Positions 7,560 through 16,264 of a stretch of 54,252 bases of DNA are shown here, piece by piece. Every line of letters starts with the position of its first letter. Position 1 is the first letter of the stretch. Location: positions 1 to 54,252 of the IMG/VR virus record IMGVR_UViG_3300038549_000013, one strand, 5' to 3'. The notes beneath the pieces are model-generated. The model was not told the DNA's origin, did not search any database, and worked only from the letters and a program-made list of their open reading frames with translations. Source of the stretch: a virus. Lineage: Duplodnaviria; Caudoviricetes. The position numbers and the translations under genes were made by a program.

Positions 7560-7897
7560 GTGAACCTCTTCTCTATTTCGGTTAGGAGATCGTCAACCTC
7601 AGCCAGCAGCTCGCGCTCAGTGCCGAAGCGCTCAATGAATGCCTTCTTGTCCAGTCGCAGCGATGGACCGAACTGCTTGGTGGCCTCAGACGGTCTCATG
7701 CCATTGGGCGGCTCGCCGCGGTGAAACCAAGCGGACAGCGGAATCGTGGCTTTGTTTCCGCCAGAGTGCTTACGGTAGCTACTGCCGACGATGTGGTGCA
7801 TCTCCGGGGCAACCCAGCCCAGGCCGAGCTTCCTGGAGCAGATACAGCCGATACGGCGCAAGCGGTCGAAGCGCTGCTGGTCGGTTTTACTAGTCAC
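7556..7897 (-). CDS. Ref-like RecA-dependent recombination-enhancement nuclease
   Basis: IGCIC...EMHH...TIPL...HRG...FGPSL...F...FG.E.ELL. Confidence 0.75.
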   Translation of the reverse strand: MTSKTDQQRFDRLRRIGCICSRKLGLGWVAPEMHHIVGSSYRKHSGGNKATIPLSAWFHRGEPPNGMRPSEATKQFGPSLRLDKKAFIERFGTERELLAEVDDLLTEIEKRFT

Positions 7898-8298
7898 GCG
7901 GCCACCTCTCCGGGCATCTCCAAGTAAACGCCTTCATTCGCCATATACCGCACGATGAATTCCACGAAGTCAGAGAACTCCTGCTTGTTGAGCTTCGAGC
8001 TGCGCCGCAGGGCAGTGCGCTTCTTTACGCTGCCGAGCGTGAGCACCTTCGAGCCGAAGTGGAGCTGCAAAAATAGCTCGTGCAAGTCGTCTTTGTCCCA
8101 GCCGGCCATCATCTCCCCGCCGCGCTTGATGATCTCGCCGTAGATGGACCATAGGAGTGCATTTTGATCCAGCGTGCGCCGCTTCTTATGCGGCTTCACG
8201 GCGATCTCAGTCGCGCCATCACGTACCATCGCCTGGATGACGGCGAAGGCTCGCGTCATGTCGCCGCCCTTGCTGATGATGATGCGCTGCTCGTTCAC
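7894..8298 (-). CDS. NinB/Orf-family recombination protein
   Basis: RTLDQNALLW...SSKLNKQEFSDFVEFI....A..GV. Confidence 0.8.
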   Translation of the reverse strand: MNEQRIIISKGGDMTRAFAVIQAMVRDGATEIAVKPHKKRRTLDQNALLWSIYGEIIKRGGEMMAGWDKDDLHELFLQLHFGSKVLTLGSVKKRTALRRSSKLNKQEFSDFVEFIVRYMANEGVYLEMPGEVAA

Positions 8299-8301
8299 AG
8301 G

Positions 8302-8808
8302 TCAGACCGTGTAGCCGAGGAAGTTGGAAGCAGCGCACAGCGCGCCGAGCACGCAGGCGATCAGCCAGACGAAGGGGATGTTGTCATCAAACCCGCCATC
8401 ATCCGCTGGCGCTTGCCGCTGCGGCTCATCCTTGCTGCGACTCTCGGTCGCCGGCCGCGACTCGACATCGCGCTTGCCGCCGAGCATCTGCATCTGGCTG
8501 GCGATGATCTCGGTGCTGTACCGATCCTTGCCCTCTTTGTCCTGCCACTTGCGCGTGCGCATGGCGCCCTGGATGAAGACTTGAGAGCCTTTGCGCAGGT
8601 ACTCGGCGCAGATCTCTCCAAGCTTGTCGAAGGCGACGATGTTGACCCACTCGGTCTGTTCCTTGCGGTCGCCGGTCTGCTTGTCCTTCCATGAGGAGCC
8701 GACGGCGATGCTGAAGTTGACCACGGCCTTGCCGCTGGGCATGTGCCGCGTTTCCGGGTCACGGCCCAAGCGGCCGATAAAACTACATTGATTCAAGTCG
8801 TTGCTCAT
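8302..8808 (-). CDS. ssb: single-stranded DNA-binding protein with extra hydrophobic tail
   Basis: LNQCSFIGRLGRDPE...EQTEW...YLRKGSQVFIQG..RTRKW...FDDNIPF. Confidence 0.95.
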   Translation of the reverse strand: MSNDLNQCSFIGRLGRDPETRHMPSGKAVVNFSIAVGSSWKDKQTGDRKEQTEWVNIVAFDKLGEICAEYLRKGSQVFIQGAMRTRKWQDKEGKDRYSTEIIASQMQMLGGKRDVESRPATESRSKDEPQRQAPADDGGFDDNIPFVWLIACVLGALCAASNFLGYTV

Positions 8809-9419
8809 CCAGAAATCCTCTCTACAAGGGCTTTCAACTGCCCGTTGAACTTTTCGACCTCGGCAGCGAGCCGAGCGATGTAATCCTGGTCACGCTCCAC
8901 GCGCTTGCAGAATGGCGGCAGTCCCCTGCTGTACGATACGAAATCGACCCACAGCCGGCCGGTGATCCACATCTGACCTTGGATCTGCGCTGCGTGCTCG
9001 GTCGGGACGCGATTGTTCTCGAGCAACTCAATCTGCAGGTCTCCGGTGCGGGTCTTGATCTCAAGGCAGCCGTCCGAGACCACTAGGGAGTCCGGCGAGG
9101 CCCCCGCGTCTACGTCAGCCCGGTAGCAAAAGCCAACCTGCTGCGGCTCGACATCGCGGCTGAATGCGTACCAGCTGCGCGCCTCGGACTCCATGAGCTT
9201 GCCGCGCTCCATGTAGCCATTGCTGTAGCTCTCGGCTCGCTCACCGGTGATGCGCTCGGCGGCCAGTCGGCGCATGAGCTTCGCGCGGGTGACCGATGGC
9301 GAACCCTTGGTTTTGCCCTCGGCCAGCACCGTCGAAAAGTCGCTCGCAGACACGATACCGAGTCGGCATGCGTACCATTCATCCGAGCCCTGTGGGCAAT
9401 CGAAAATCTTCAGGCTCAT
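8805..9419 (-). CDS. YqaJ/lambda-exonuclease family protein
   Basis: QGSDEWYACRLG..SAS, MERG...E, GASPD.LV....LEIK, QIQGQMW. Confidence 0.9.
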   Translation of the reverse strand: MSLKIFDCPQGSDEWYACRLGIVSASDFSTVLAEGKTKGSPSVTRAKLMRRLAAERITGERAESYSNGYMERGKLMESEARSWYAFSRDVEPQQVGFCYRADVDAGASPDSLVVSDGCLEIKTRTGDLQIELLENNRVPTEHAAQIQGQMWITGRLWVDFVSYSRGLPPFCKRVERDQDYIARLAAEVEKFNGQLKALVERISG

Positions 9420-10039
9420 TTCTTTGCTCGCTTGCTCTCAAGCGCGGCCTTGGCCATTGCGAACTTGGATGCCGGGATATCGGCCAAGCGATCGACCTTC
9501 ATGTATGCCAGGAACTTCGGTCGATCTGCTTTCACCTCCTCTGCCAAATCCATCAGCTCAGTGACCTGATCCTCGCTGATGCCAGCTGCAACCTCATGAG
9601 TCGTTGCGTCGGCATCGTTGTCGCCTTCGGTCGGAATGCAGAAAGCCTCCATGCAGGCATACTTGTACGCCGCTGACATGGCCTTGTTGGATGCCTTGTC
9701 GCCGCTATCCATGGCCTCGCCTACCACTTGCACAGTGTGCTTTGATCCGTCGAGGGCCGACACAAAGTCGAACTCGACGTCTAGCACCACATAGAACAGC
9801 ACGCCGCCGCTTTTGGTCTCGCGCTCCGTAACCACCCGAGACTTCACCCTCGGCAGAATCAGTAGCTTTGATTCCGCCAGAAATGGCGCCAAGGCGTTGT
9901 ACACATCATCGATGCCGCGAAATTTGTAACCCTGCTGAGTGTTCTTGTTGTTCTTGCCGATGCCAACCTTTGCAAGCTTGGCCATGACCTCAGCGATTGC
10001 CGAGTATACCTGCGGTACGTTTTGAATTACTGCACTCAA
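9416..10039 (-). CDS. ERF-family single-strand annealing protein
   Basis: KNTQQGYKFRGIDDV...GEAMDSGDKASNKAMSAAYKY...DNDAD. Likely TTG start after an AGGAGA RBS. Confidence 0.88.
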   Translation of the reverse strand: MSAVIQNVPQVYSAIAEVMAKLAKVGIGKNNKNTQQGYKFRGIDDVYNALAPFLAESKLLILPRVKSRVVTERETKSGGVLFYVVLDVEFDFVSALDGSKHTVQVVGEAMDSGDKASNKAMSAAYKYACMEAFCIPTEGDNDADATTHEVAAGISEDQVTELMDLAEEVKADRPKFLAYMKVDRLADIPASKFAMAKAALESKRAKK

Positions 10040-10088
10040 GTGAAATTCTCCTAGTTCTGCGTGGTCGGTGTGATGTCGGTTACGGTGC

Positions 10089-10427
10089 TCATCGCGCACC
10101 TCGCTTCAGCCACTCGCCAAAAGTCATCCCGCTGTCGGCATCAAGAAACTCGTCGTAGCGCTTCTGTGAGCGCGTACGCTTTGGTGGGGCAGGGCTGTTC
10201 GTGTCGACGTACTCCCGTCCTCGGTCGGTCACCGCGAAGCAGTAATCGCCGCCGTACATTGCGCTGCTGCCAAAGTTGACCATCAGTCCCTCGGTGGTCA
10301 TCTCAGTCAGCAAAGACCACACGTCCGAGTCTCTGCCCGCGACGTAGTGGCTGCGGTACTGCTGTCCACGTCCGTACTGGTCGACGCCAAGCGCGTGCTG
10401 CAGGATTGAGAGGCGTGTTTCGCTCAT
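10089..10427 (-). CDS. hypothetical phage protein (paralog of 2509..2775)
   Basis: HALG...YRSHY...GLM...FAVT..G. Confidence 0.75.
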   Translation of the reverse strand: MSETRLSILQHALGVDQYGRGQQYRSHYVAGRDSDVWSLLTEMTTEGLMVNFGSSAMYGGDYCFAVTDRGREYVDTNSPAPPKRTRSQKRYDEFLDADSGMTFGEWLKRGAR

Positions 10428-10720
10428 TGCTGTGTCACCTCAATTCCCGCCCTCACCACGCCATCCACCGGCAGCTTCTGCACCGCCGTGGCCAGGCACC
10501 GCGTCACCTCGAATTTCCCCCGCTGCATCGTCAGCATCTCCGCTAGCGCAGGCCCGTGGTCGGCGAGCGCAACGGCCCATGCCTGCTTGCAGAGCGCCGT
10601 CTCATCGGTGACGTACACCTCGAGCAGCACGAGGTAGTGCGGAGCGATGTCGCTGGTCGCGGCTGGTGTTGCTTGGAGGGCGAGTACTAGTCCGATGGAT
10701 AGGGTTGCCAAGCGGGTCAT
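10424..10720 (-). CDS. hypothetical protein with possible signal peptide
   Basis: Hydrophobic N-terminus; coupled overlaps. Confidence 0.55.
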   Translation of the reverse strand: MTRLATLSIGLVLALQATPAATSDIAPHYLVLLEVYVTDETALCKQAWAVALADHGPALAEMLTMQRGKFEVTRCLATAVQKLPVDGVVRAGIEVTQQ

Positions 10721-10986
10721 TGCTGAATACCTCGCATTGCAATCTCCAGCCGTGCGCTCGATGCCTGCATGGAAATGACCGCCCGAGCAAGTTCTGCACG
10801 TAGATGCTGATGCTCCTCCTCGTCCTGCTTGCGATCACGGCTCGGTTTAATTGTCGCGCGCCTGAATAGTACGACCTTGCCTGAGCGCTCGCAGTCGATC
10901 TGGGCTGGTGTCTTTCCCTGATGCTGTCGCGGCGTCGTCAGCACCAGCAGTGCCGCGAATGCGGTGATGAGAGTTGCGGCGATCAT
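10717..10986 (-). CDS. hypothetical protein with N-terminal hydrophobic segment
   Basis: Starts MIAATLITAFAALLVL; ATGA coupling. Confidence 0.5.
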   Translation of the reverse strand: MIAATLITAFAALLVLTTPRQHQGKTPAQIDCERSGKVVLFRRATIKPSRDRKQDEEEHQHLRAELARAVISMQASSARLEIAMRGIQQ

Positions 10987-11210
10987 GGCTGCACCAGGCT
11001 GATCACGGCCATCGCCAGCCCCAGCACGCCGCACATCGCCTTGGCGACCAGCAACTCACCTTGAGCCGTGTTGAGCCTCGGCAGACGCGGCCAGCAGCGC
11101 AGTCGCTCGCGGTCCCAGTCGGCGGTGAGCTCGCACTTTTCTGGCGCCGTCAGCCGGATGAGCCGGCGGCGGGCGGTCCGGAAGCGTTGGCTGATGATCA
11201 GGGCGGTCAT
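10983..11210 (-). CDS. hypothetical protein with C-terminal TM segment
   Basis: ATGA coupling; ends in LLVAKAMCGVLGLAMAVISLV. Confidence 0.5.
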   Translation of the reverse strand: MTALIISQRFRTARRRLIRLTAPEKCELTADWDRERLRCWPRLPRLNTAQGELLVAKAMCGVLGLAMAVISLVQP

Positions 11211-11833
11211 TGCGTCATCCAATCGGCAATAGCTGGCAACTCGTGATCCAGCCGCATCGGCATGAGGGCGACGATCATGTCGTAGCCGCGAATCAGCAGC
11301 GCTGCATTAGCATCCTTCTGATACAGCCGCACCGGCTCCCGGACTTTCTTTCCAGACTCCGAAAATAGCGCCAGTGCGCGGCTCAGATACTCGGGGTTGA
11401 ACTCCGCGAGGATTCCCGGCGTTGATTCGTCGGTTGGAATCACCTTCTGCCAATCTGGGTAGGTGTCATCGATAAATGCCGGGCCAGCTTGTATCCAAGC
11501 TGCATCTGGCACGTGACTTGTTATCAGCAGCTCAGCATGAGATTCCTTCGAGCGGATTCTCAGATACCCAGCATCGAACCGCTCATGGCGGATCGCCTCG
11601 CACAGGTAGTCATTGACCTGCAGAATGAACGGCTCTTTGACGTCTGAGTCAATGCTGCGGGTCACAGCGATCATGTGGCCGTTGGTTGCGATGAGCCTGC
11701 ACCCATCTTCAGTCGGCTCGACTTTGATGCCTGACAGGTAATAGCGCGCATCGTTGATTGCGCGGAAGGGGATAATCCGCCGCAGATCCTGACATGAAAT
11801 CAGGGCGTAGTTCTTCTCTGTTACTTGGTTCAC
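11207..11833 (-). CDS. truncated DNA polymerase III beta-clamp-like protein
   Basis: DARYYLSGI, IATNGH, IDDTYPDWQKVIP, FNPEYL and LMPMRL match DnaN domains 2-3. Confidence 0.8.
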   Translation of the reverse strand: MNQVTEKNYALISCQDLRRIIPFRAINDARYYLSGIKVEPTEDGCRLIATNGHMIAVTRSIDSDVKEPFILQVNDYLCEAIRHERFDAGYLRIRSKESHAELLITSHVPDAAWIQAGPAFIDDTYPDWQKVIPTDESTPGILAEFNPEYLSRALALFSESGKKVREPVRLYQKDANAALLIRGYDMIVALMPMRLDHELPAIADWMTQ

Positions 11834-12018
11834 TGTTGGACTCCAAACAACGGCCAGCGCCTCGCGTTGGCCAAAATGCACGCGGGCTCGCCGCGTAGGA
11901 TGTATTGCCGGCCGCGCACGATGCGCACTTCCACGGGCAGCGAGTCGCGCTCACGGGCGGCGGCATACGGTGTGCGCGGGGCGTCGATCAGGGCGCGTAG
12001 ATACCTTGGTCGTTTCAT
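11830..12018 (-). CDS. hypothetical protein
   Basis: 62 aa, coupled on both sides. Confidence 0.5.
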   Translation of the reverse strand: MKRPRYLRALIDAPRTPYAAARERDSLPVEVRIVRGRQYILRGEPACILANARRWPLFGVQQ

Positions 12019-12431
12019 GGCTGCACCGGGGCGTCGCAGGCGGGTATGTGTTCCTCGATGAAGTCGGCGATTTCTGTGAAATTCAATTCAAGGTGATCGT
12101 TTAGATAGGCAAGGGCTCGTTGGATGCTGTTGATATGCTCTGGGCAATCATTCGCGTCCTCACCTTCATTCCATGGTCCCAGGAACGACTCGAACTCCCC
12201 TGAAAGAACCGATATAGCGGCGCAATCCATATCTTCCCTGTCCCGGCCAAGGACCGCATGGCACGCCACGCCCAGGCAACAGAACTCGTACTCGTCAAAT
12301 CGCTCGATGCAGAGACAGCCGGTTCCCTGCTCGTACTCGCCACTCCTTAGCGCAGCCAGCCACTTGTCCTTCTGCGCCTGCGTCATGGTGATGCCGGCGA
12401 GCCATTCGGGTTTGATTGTTGGGATGTTCAC
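12015..12431 (-). CDS. conserved phage hypothetical protein
   Basis: KWLAALRSGEYEQG...FCCLGV...LND...F.EIADFIE. Confidence 0.75.
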   Translation of the reverse strand: MNIPTIKPEWLAGITMTQAQKDKWLAALRSGEYEQGTGCLCIERFDEYEFCCLGVACHAVLGRDREDMDCAAISVLSGEFESFLGPWNEGEDANDCPEHINSIQRALAYLNDHLELNFTEIADFIEEHIPACDAPVQP

Positions 12432-12537
12432 AGTGTTGCTCCAAAGTACTGCCGCACCGAGTGCTGCAGAGACCATCCGAGGTAGGTGATACAGATGCCG
12501 GCCAGCACGAAGTACCAGCCGATGTTGCGGAGCGTGG

Positions 12538-12762
12538 TCATGCCCGCGCCCTCGCAACGATGCGAGCAAACTCAGCATCCCGTCTGCGCTCCTCGGTCAG
12601 CGGCAGAGGCCGGCCATCGGCCCACCGCAGCGCCAGCTCGGCGTCAATCGCGCGCAGCTGGTCCGACTGGTTATGCTCGTAGCTGCTGTCGTTCCCGCGG
12701 CTCACCAGCGTGTCGTGCATCAGGCGCAGGGTGGCGAGAGTGATGTGTTCGAGGGCGCTCAT
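12538..12762 (-). CDS. hypothetical protein
   Basis: 74 aa, coupled overlaps. Confidence 0.55.
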   Translation of the reverse strand: MSALEHITLATLRLMHDTLVSRGNDSSYEHNQSDQLRAIDAELALRWADGRPLPLTEERRRDAEFARIVARARA

Positions 12763-13577
12763 GGCTTAGGCGCCTCAACCCTCACAGCGATCATCCGGCG
12801 CACCAGATCCAGAGCGCTCGCCTGCAGCTGATCAACTGTTGGCTTTAGCGCGTCCCCACAGGCGTGCCCACAGGCGGCCCGAGCGGCGGCCCCAGCGGCG
12901 GCCCAAGCGGCGGCCCCAGCGGCGGCCCCAGCGGCGGCCCAAGCGGCGTCCCCAGCGGCGGCCCAAGCGGCGGCCCCATAGGCGTGCCCACAGGCGGCCC
13001 GAGCGGCGTCACCAGCGGCGGCCCGAGCGGCCTCCCCAGAGGCGGCCCCAGCGGCGGCCCAAGCGGCGGCCCCAGCGGCGGCCCGAGCGGCGGCCCCAGC
13101 GGCGGCCCGAGCGGCGGCCCCAGCGGCGGCACAAGCGGCGCGAACCTTCTGCCCTGCAGCGGTTGCGCCAGCAAGGTCTGCAATCTCCTCCATCGAGCGC
13201 AACTCGAGCGCGTGCGGCTTGAGCGACTCGACTCGATCGAGAAATGCAGGCGTGTGCACGCGGATTAACCAGTCGAGCGCCATGTACGAGCGGCGATCCT
13301 CAACTGCATGGGTTGATTTCGTGCCGATCAGTTCGGGGATCAGCGGCTTCAAGAGGCGGTCACGCTCCGCATCACTCGGCAGCCCGTCGTTCCAGGAGCG
13401 CAGGAATGCGGCGATCACTGGGCAGGAGCACTCCGGCTGATCAGAGAGCGGCAGGCCGGCGACGTACGCGACAGCCTCCATCACACATGCCTCGCCAGCG
13501 GTTATTTTTTCGGGCTCGTGGCTTCCGCTGCGCAGAGACCAAGCGGTTATCTCAGCCAGTCTTGTTTGAATTGCCAT
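12759..13577 (-). CDS. phage protein with Ala-rich AAW/AAR/AAG repeat tract
   Basis: ACVMEAVAYVAG...SDQPEC.CPVI......WND domain followed by about 95 aa of AAAG/AAAW/AAAR repeats; GGAG RBS. Confidence 0.8.
   Translation of the reverse strand: MAIQTRLAEITAWSLRSGSHEPEKITAGEACVMEAVAYVAGLPLSDQPECSCPVIAAFLRSWNDGLPSDAERDRLLKPLIPELIGTKSTHAVEDRRSYMALDWLIRVHTPAFLDRVESLKPHALELRSMEEIADLAGATAAGQKVRAACAAAGAAARAAAGAAARAAAGAAAWAAAGAASGEAARAAAGDAARAACGHAYGAAAWAAAGDAAWAAAGAAAGAAAWAAAGAAARAACGHACGDALKPTVDQLQASALDLVRRMIAVRVEAPKP
12856..13140. repeat. coding 12-bp degenerate tandem repeat
   Basis: Units gcggcggcccca / gcggcggcccaa / gcggcggcccga repeated about 20 times. Confidence 0.9.
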
Positions 13578-13593
13578 GTTCACTCCGTTAGTT

Positions 13594-14004
13594 TTAGCGA
13601 TATCCCATCGAGTCAGCCCGTGCGACCTCGGGGGAGTCCTCGACACAGCCCCAGTCGCTGAGCATCTCTTCCAGCTCGCTCCGCGCCTCCCAGGCATCGG
13701 CACCCAGGCCAACACGATTGGGCTGCTCACCATCGGCGCGCCAGCAGGCGATCTCTTGGCTGCACCATTGGTATTTGATTGTGATGACCTGCCCGCGCAC
13801 GGTGATGTGCGTCAGGCGCCATTCGAGTTCGGCCTGGATCTCGGACAGCTCGTCCTCGGTGGCGACCGCTGCAGACCCCGTGAGCGCCTCCAGGGCGGTC
13901 TCACGGGTGCGCAGCCATTCGGTGTCGGCAGAGCGGATGGCGTCGGCGCGGACTGCGGCGATGGGCGATAGGTCGGCGGCGCGTTGTTGGATGACGGCGC
14001 TCAC
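13594..14004 (-). CDS. hypothetical protein
   Basis: 136 aa, GTGA coupling. Confidence 0.65.
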   Translation of the reverse strand: MSAVIQQRAADLSPIAAVRADAIRSADTEWLRTRETALEALTGSAAVATEDELSEIQAELEWRLTHITVRGQVITIKYQWCSQEIACWRADGEQPNRVGLGADAWEARSELEEMLSDWGCVEDSPEVARADSMGYR

Positions 14005-14339
14005 GCGGCACCGCTGACGGCAGTCGCCGCGTCGATTGCAGCCAGCACGGCCCCGAGGGCAACGCTCGCTTGGGGCTCAGACTGCGCGGCGCGGCGAAGC
14101 TCTCGCTCGGCAGTTCGAAGAGCATCGATCATCTGAGGGGCTGCGGCGATGAGCGTGAAAATCTGAGGGTGATCCCAGCCGCCGACTATCGTGTCGAACT
14201 TTCCGGGCCCCCTCACGCGGCAGTAGCGAACCCCCGGCTCTAAGGCCGGCTCGATGTCCGGGTCGATCTCAAGGCGCCAAGGGAATCGATGACTGAGGTC
14301 GGGCTTATTGGTCGGCTGGCCTTCGTTGCTCTGGTCCAT
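14001..14339 (-). CDS. hypothetical early protein (LIAAAP family)
   Basis: FPW...TLIAAAPQMIDAL...AAIDAAT; first gene after the leftward promoter; GGAG RBS. Confidence 0.65.
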   Translation of the reverse strand: MDQSNEGQPTNKPDLSHRFPWRLEIDPDIEPALEPGVRYCRVRGPGKFDTIVGGWDHPQIFTLIAAAPQMIDALRTAERELRRAAQSEPQASVALGAVLAAIDAATAVSGAA

Positions 14340-14375
14340 CTTGCGCTCCACTGGTGCTGTCGGGTCGATGGGCAC

Positions 14376-14440
14376 ATCATGCAGCAACGCGGATCAGCCG
14401 TCAACGCCTAATTGCGTACCCACGTCACATGTGCAATGAT
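14376..14440. promoter_or_regulatory. back-to-back early promoters
   Basis: Minus strand TTGACG-N17-CATGAT (14404-14376) and plus strand TTGCGT-N17-AATGAT (14412-14440), at the strand switch. Confidence 0.65.
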
Positions 14441-14447
14441 CGGCAAC

Positions 14448-14642
14448 ATGGAGAACCCAATACAGATTCTACGCGCACTCGTTGACCTCTGCGGCAGCAA
14501 TGTCAACGCAGCTCGGCACCTCGGCGTTTCCCCTGCATATGTGAGCGACGTGCTCACCGGTCGACGCGAGCCCGGAAAGGGCATCCTAGAGCCTATGGGA
14601 CTAGAGCGCGTCGTGACCTACCGCAAGAAGCGGGCGCGATGA
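14448..14642 (+). CDS. Cro-like HTH protein
   Basis: GSNVNAARHLGVSPAYVSDVLTGRREPG. Confidence 0.8.
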   Translation: MENPIQILRALVDLCGSNVNAARHLGVSPAYVSDVLTGRREPGKGILEPMGLERVVTYRKKRAR

Positions 14643-14878
14643 GCGCTCACGGCGTAGTCTGGCAGTGCTCCTGCGGCGCCTACACCCCGATGGGCAGGCT
14701 GCTGTGTGAGAGCTGCGGCAAGGTTTTCGCTGGGCCGCTGCCGGACTACCACCGGCCGCCGGCGCCGCTCCACTCATCCAAGTTTCACTCCTGCCGTGTC
14801 TGTGGCCGCGACTACTGGTCGGCCAAGGACGCGCAGTTCTGCTGCTTCCTGTCGCGGCATCGCGAGGCGCGGCAGTGA
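14639..14878 (+). CDS. small zinc-finger protein
   Basis: WQCSCG...CESCG...CRVCG...CC. Confidence 0.6.
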   Translation: MSAHGVVWQCSCGAYTPMGRLLCESCGKVFAGPLPDYHRPPAPLHSSKFHSCRVCGRDYWSAKDAQFCCFLSRHREARQ

Positions 14879-15144
14879 GCGTCCGTCGGCGTCGCATCAG
14901 AGAGCGGTTGCATCGTGATGCGCGTCTGCAACGAGGCATGGCGGACTTCCTGTCAGCGCTGAGCATCCTGGAGCGCATCGAGGAATGCAGCGCTTGCGGT
15001 GGGGCCGGTGTCTTTGATGAGCCAGCGTCGGCCAGTCCGCGCACATTCACCTGCCTTAGCTGCAATGGATCTGGCGAGCATCTCGTAACAGACCAGCCCG
15101 CGGGACCAGAACACATCGTTGAGATGCTGGAGTCATCCAGATGA
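14875..15144 (+). CDS. DnaJ-type zinc-finger protein
   Basis: CSACGGAG and CLSCNGSG. Confidence 0.65.
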   Translation: MSVRRRRIRERLHRDARLQRGMADFLSALSILERIEECSACGGAGVFDEPASASPRTFTCLSCNGSGEHLVTDQPAGPEHIVEMLESSR

Positions 15145-15422
15145 CCTCCATCGGCCAACACCTGCGTGCCTCTCGCGAACGAGCCGGGCTTTCCTTGCGC
15201 GACCTTGCCCGCATCAGTGGCGTATCAGCGGCGTCCATCTCTCGCCTGGAAACGGGATGGGAAAACGTGACGCTCGACGTGATGCGCGCGCTGACGGACG
15301 CGCTACGCCTAGACATCGAACTCTGGTTTCGCAGCGACGTCGGCACCGCAGGCGCTGTCAACGTGATCATCTGGCACGACACCAGCGAGGACTTCGTAGT
15401 GTCGGGGAGGCGAGCAGCGTGA
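15141..15422 (+). CDS. XRE-family HTH regulator
   Basis: IGQHLRASRERAGLSLRDLARISGVSAASISRLETG. Confidence 0.88.
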   Translation: MTSIGQHLRASRERAGLSLRDLARISGVSAASISRLETGWENVTLDVMRALTDALRLDIELWFRSDVGTAGAVNVIIWHDTSEDFVVSGRRAA

Positions 15423-15646
15423 TCCTCTCCACCCACCTGCGCAGCCTCGCCGCCACCGCCGTGATTTTCTCGGCGCTCCCGCTATGCCTACCGCACCTCG
15501 GCTGGATGATCCTGTGGCTGCTGGCGTGCTGCCCGTATCTCGTGCTCGTGATGATCGGCTGCATTGACATCGAGCACGCGCAGAAGACGCAGTTGTCGCA
15601 CGAGGAATCCCCGGCGCACGAGTGGCCCGCAGAGGACTTCCAGTGA
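15419..15646 (+). CDS. small membrane protein
   Basis: Two hydrophobic stretches; GTGA coupling. Confidence 0.5.
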   Translation: MILSTHLRSLAATAVIFSALPLCLPHLGWMILWLLACCPYLVLVMIGCIDIEHAQKTQLSHEESPAHEWPAEDFQ

Positions 15647-15751
15647 TCCTCGCCATCCAGCTTTTCATCATCATCGCCGCACCGCTGATTGTGGTGGGCG
15701 TCTACCTCGCGCGCGTCAGGACGGCGCCGCCTCACCAGGAGTAGAGACTCA

Positions 15752-16264
15752 ATGCGAACAGCAACACACCAGAAATGTTCCGGTTCCGATCTCGATCGAC
15801 TGATCGCCAAGCTGGGCAGCCATCGTCCCTTCCTGGTCGCCTTCGCCAAGCGTCTCGGGGCATCGCACGCCGATGCCCAGGACTGTGCCCAGGTGGCGCT
15901 GACGAAAGGGTGGCTGCACCTCGATCAGTTCGAGGGAAATGACTACGACGTCGCGCTGCGTAAGTGGCTCGGCACCATCCTGAAGAATCAATTCTTCAGC
16001 GCCATCCGGCGCGACCGGGTGGCCGCGAAGTATCTCAAATCCATGTTGGCGGAACCCACGTGCGAGTGCCGCGGCGAGGCCTCCTATGAATTCGATCGGG
16101 TGATGCGCGCCGCATCGTCGCTGCCACCGTGCCAGCGTGATGTCGTGTCGGACCTGCTCGATGGCCTCGACTACCAGCAGAGCGCTGAGCATCGAGGCAT
16201 ACCGATCGGCACGGTCAAGTCGCGATTGTTTCGCGCGCGCGAGGCATTGCAGGTGGTCGCATGA
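15752..16264 (+). CDS. ECF-type (sigma-70 regions 2 and 4) RNA polymerase sigma factor
   Basis: DAQDCAQVAL...F.G.....L.KWL.TI.KN, then LPPCQRDV....GLDY......GIPIGTVKSRLFRAR. Confidence 0.88.
   Translation: MRTATHQKCSGSDLDRLIAKLGSHRPFLVAFAKRLGASHADAQDCAQVALTKGWLHLDQFEGNDYDVALRKWLGTILKNQFFSAIRRDRVAAKYLKSMLAEPTCECRGEASYEFDRVMRAASSLPPCQRDVVSDLLDGLDYQQSAEHRGIPIGTVKSRLFRAREALQVVA

Noticed and set aside
12839-13268. Repeat-rich alternative ORFs (RRPQ, GGPS, PPLG) and a possible CRISPR-like array
   Set aside because: These are other frames of the 12-bp coding repeat, and there are no unique spacers.
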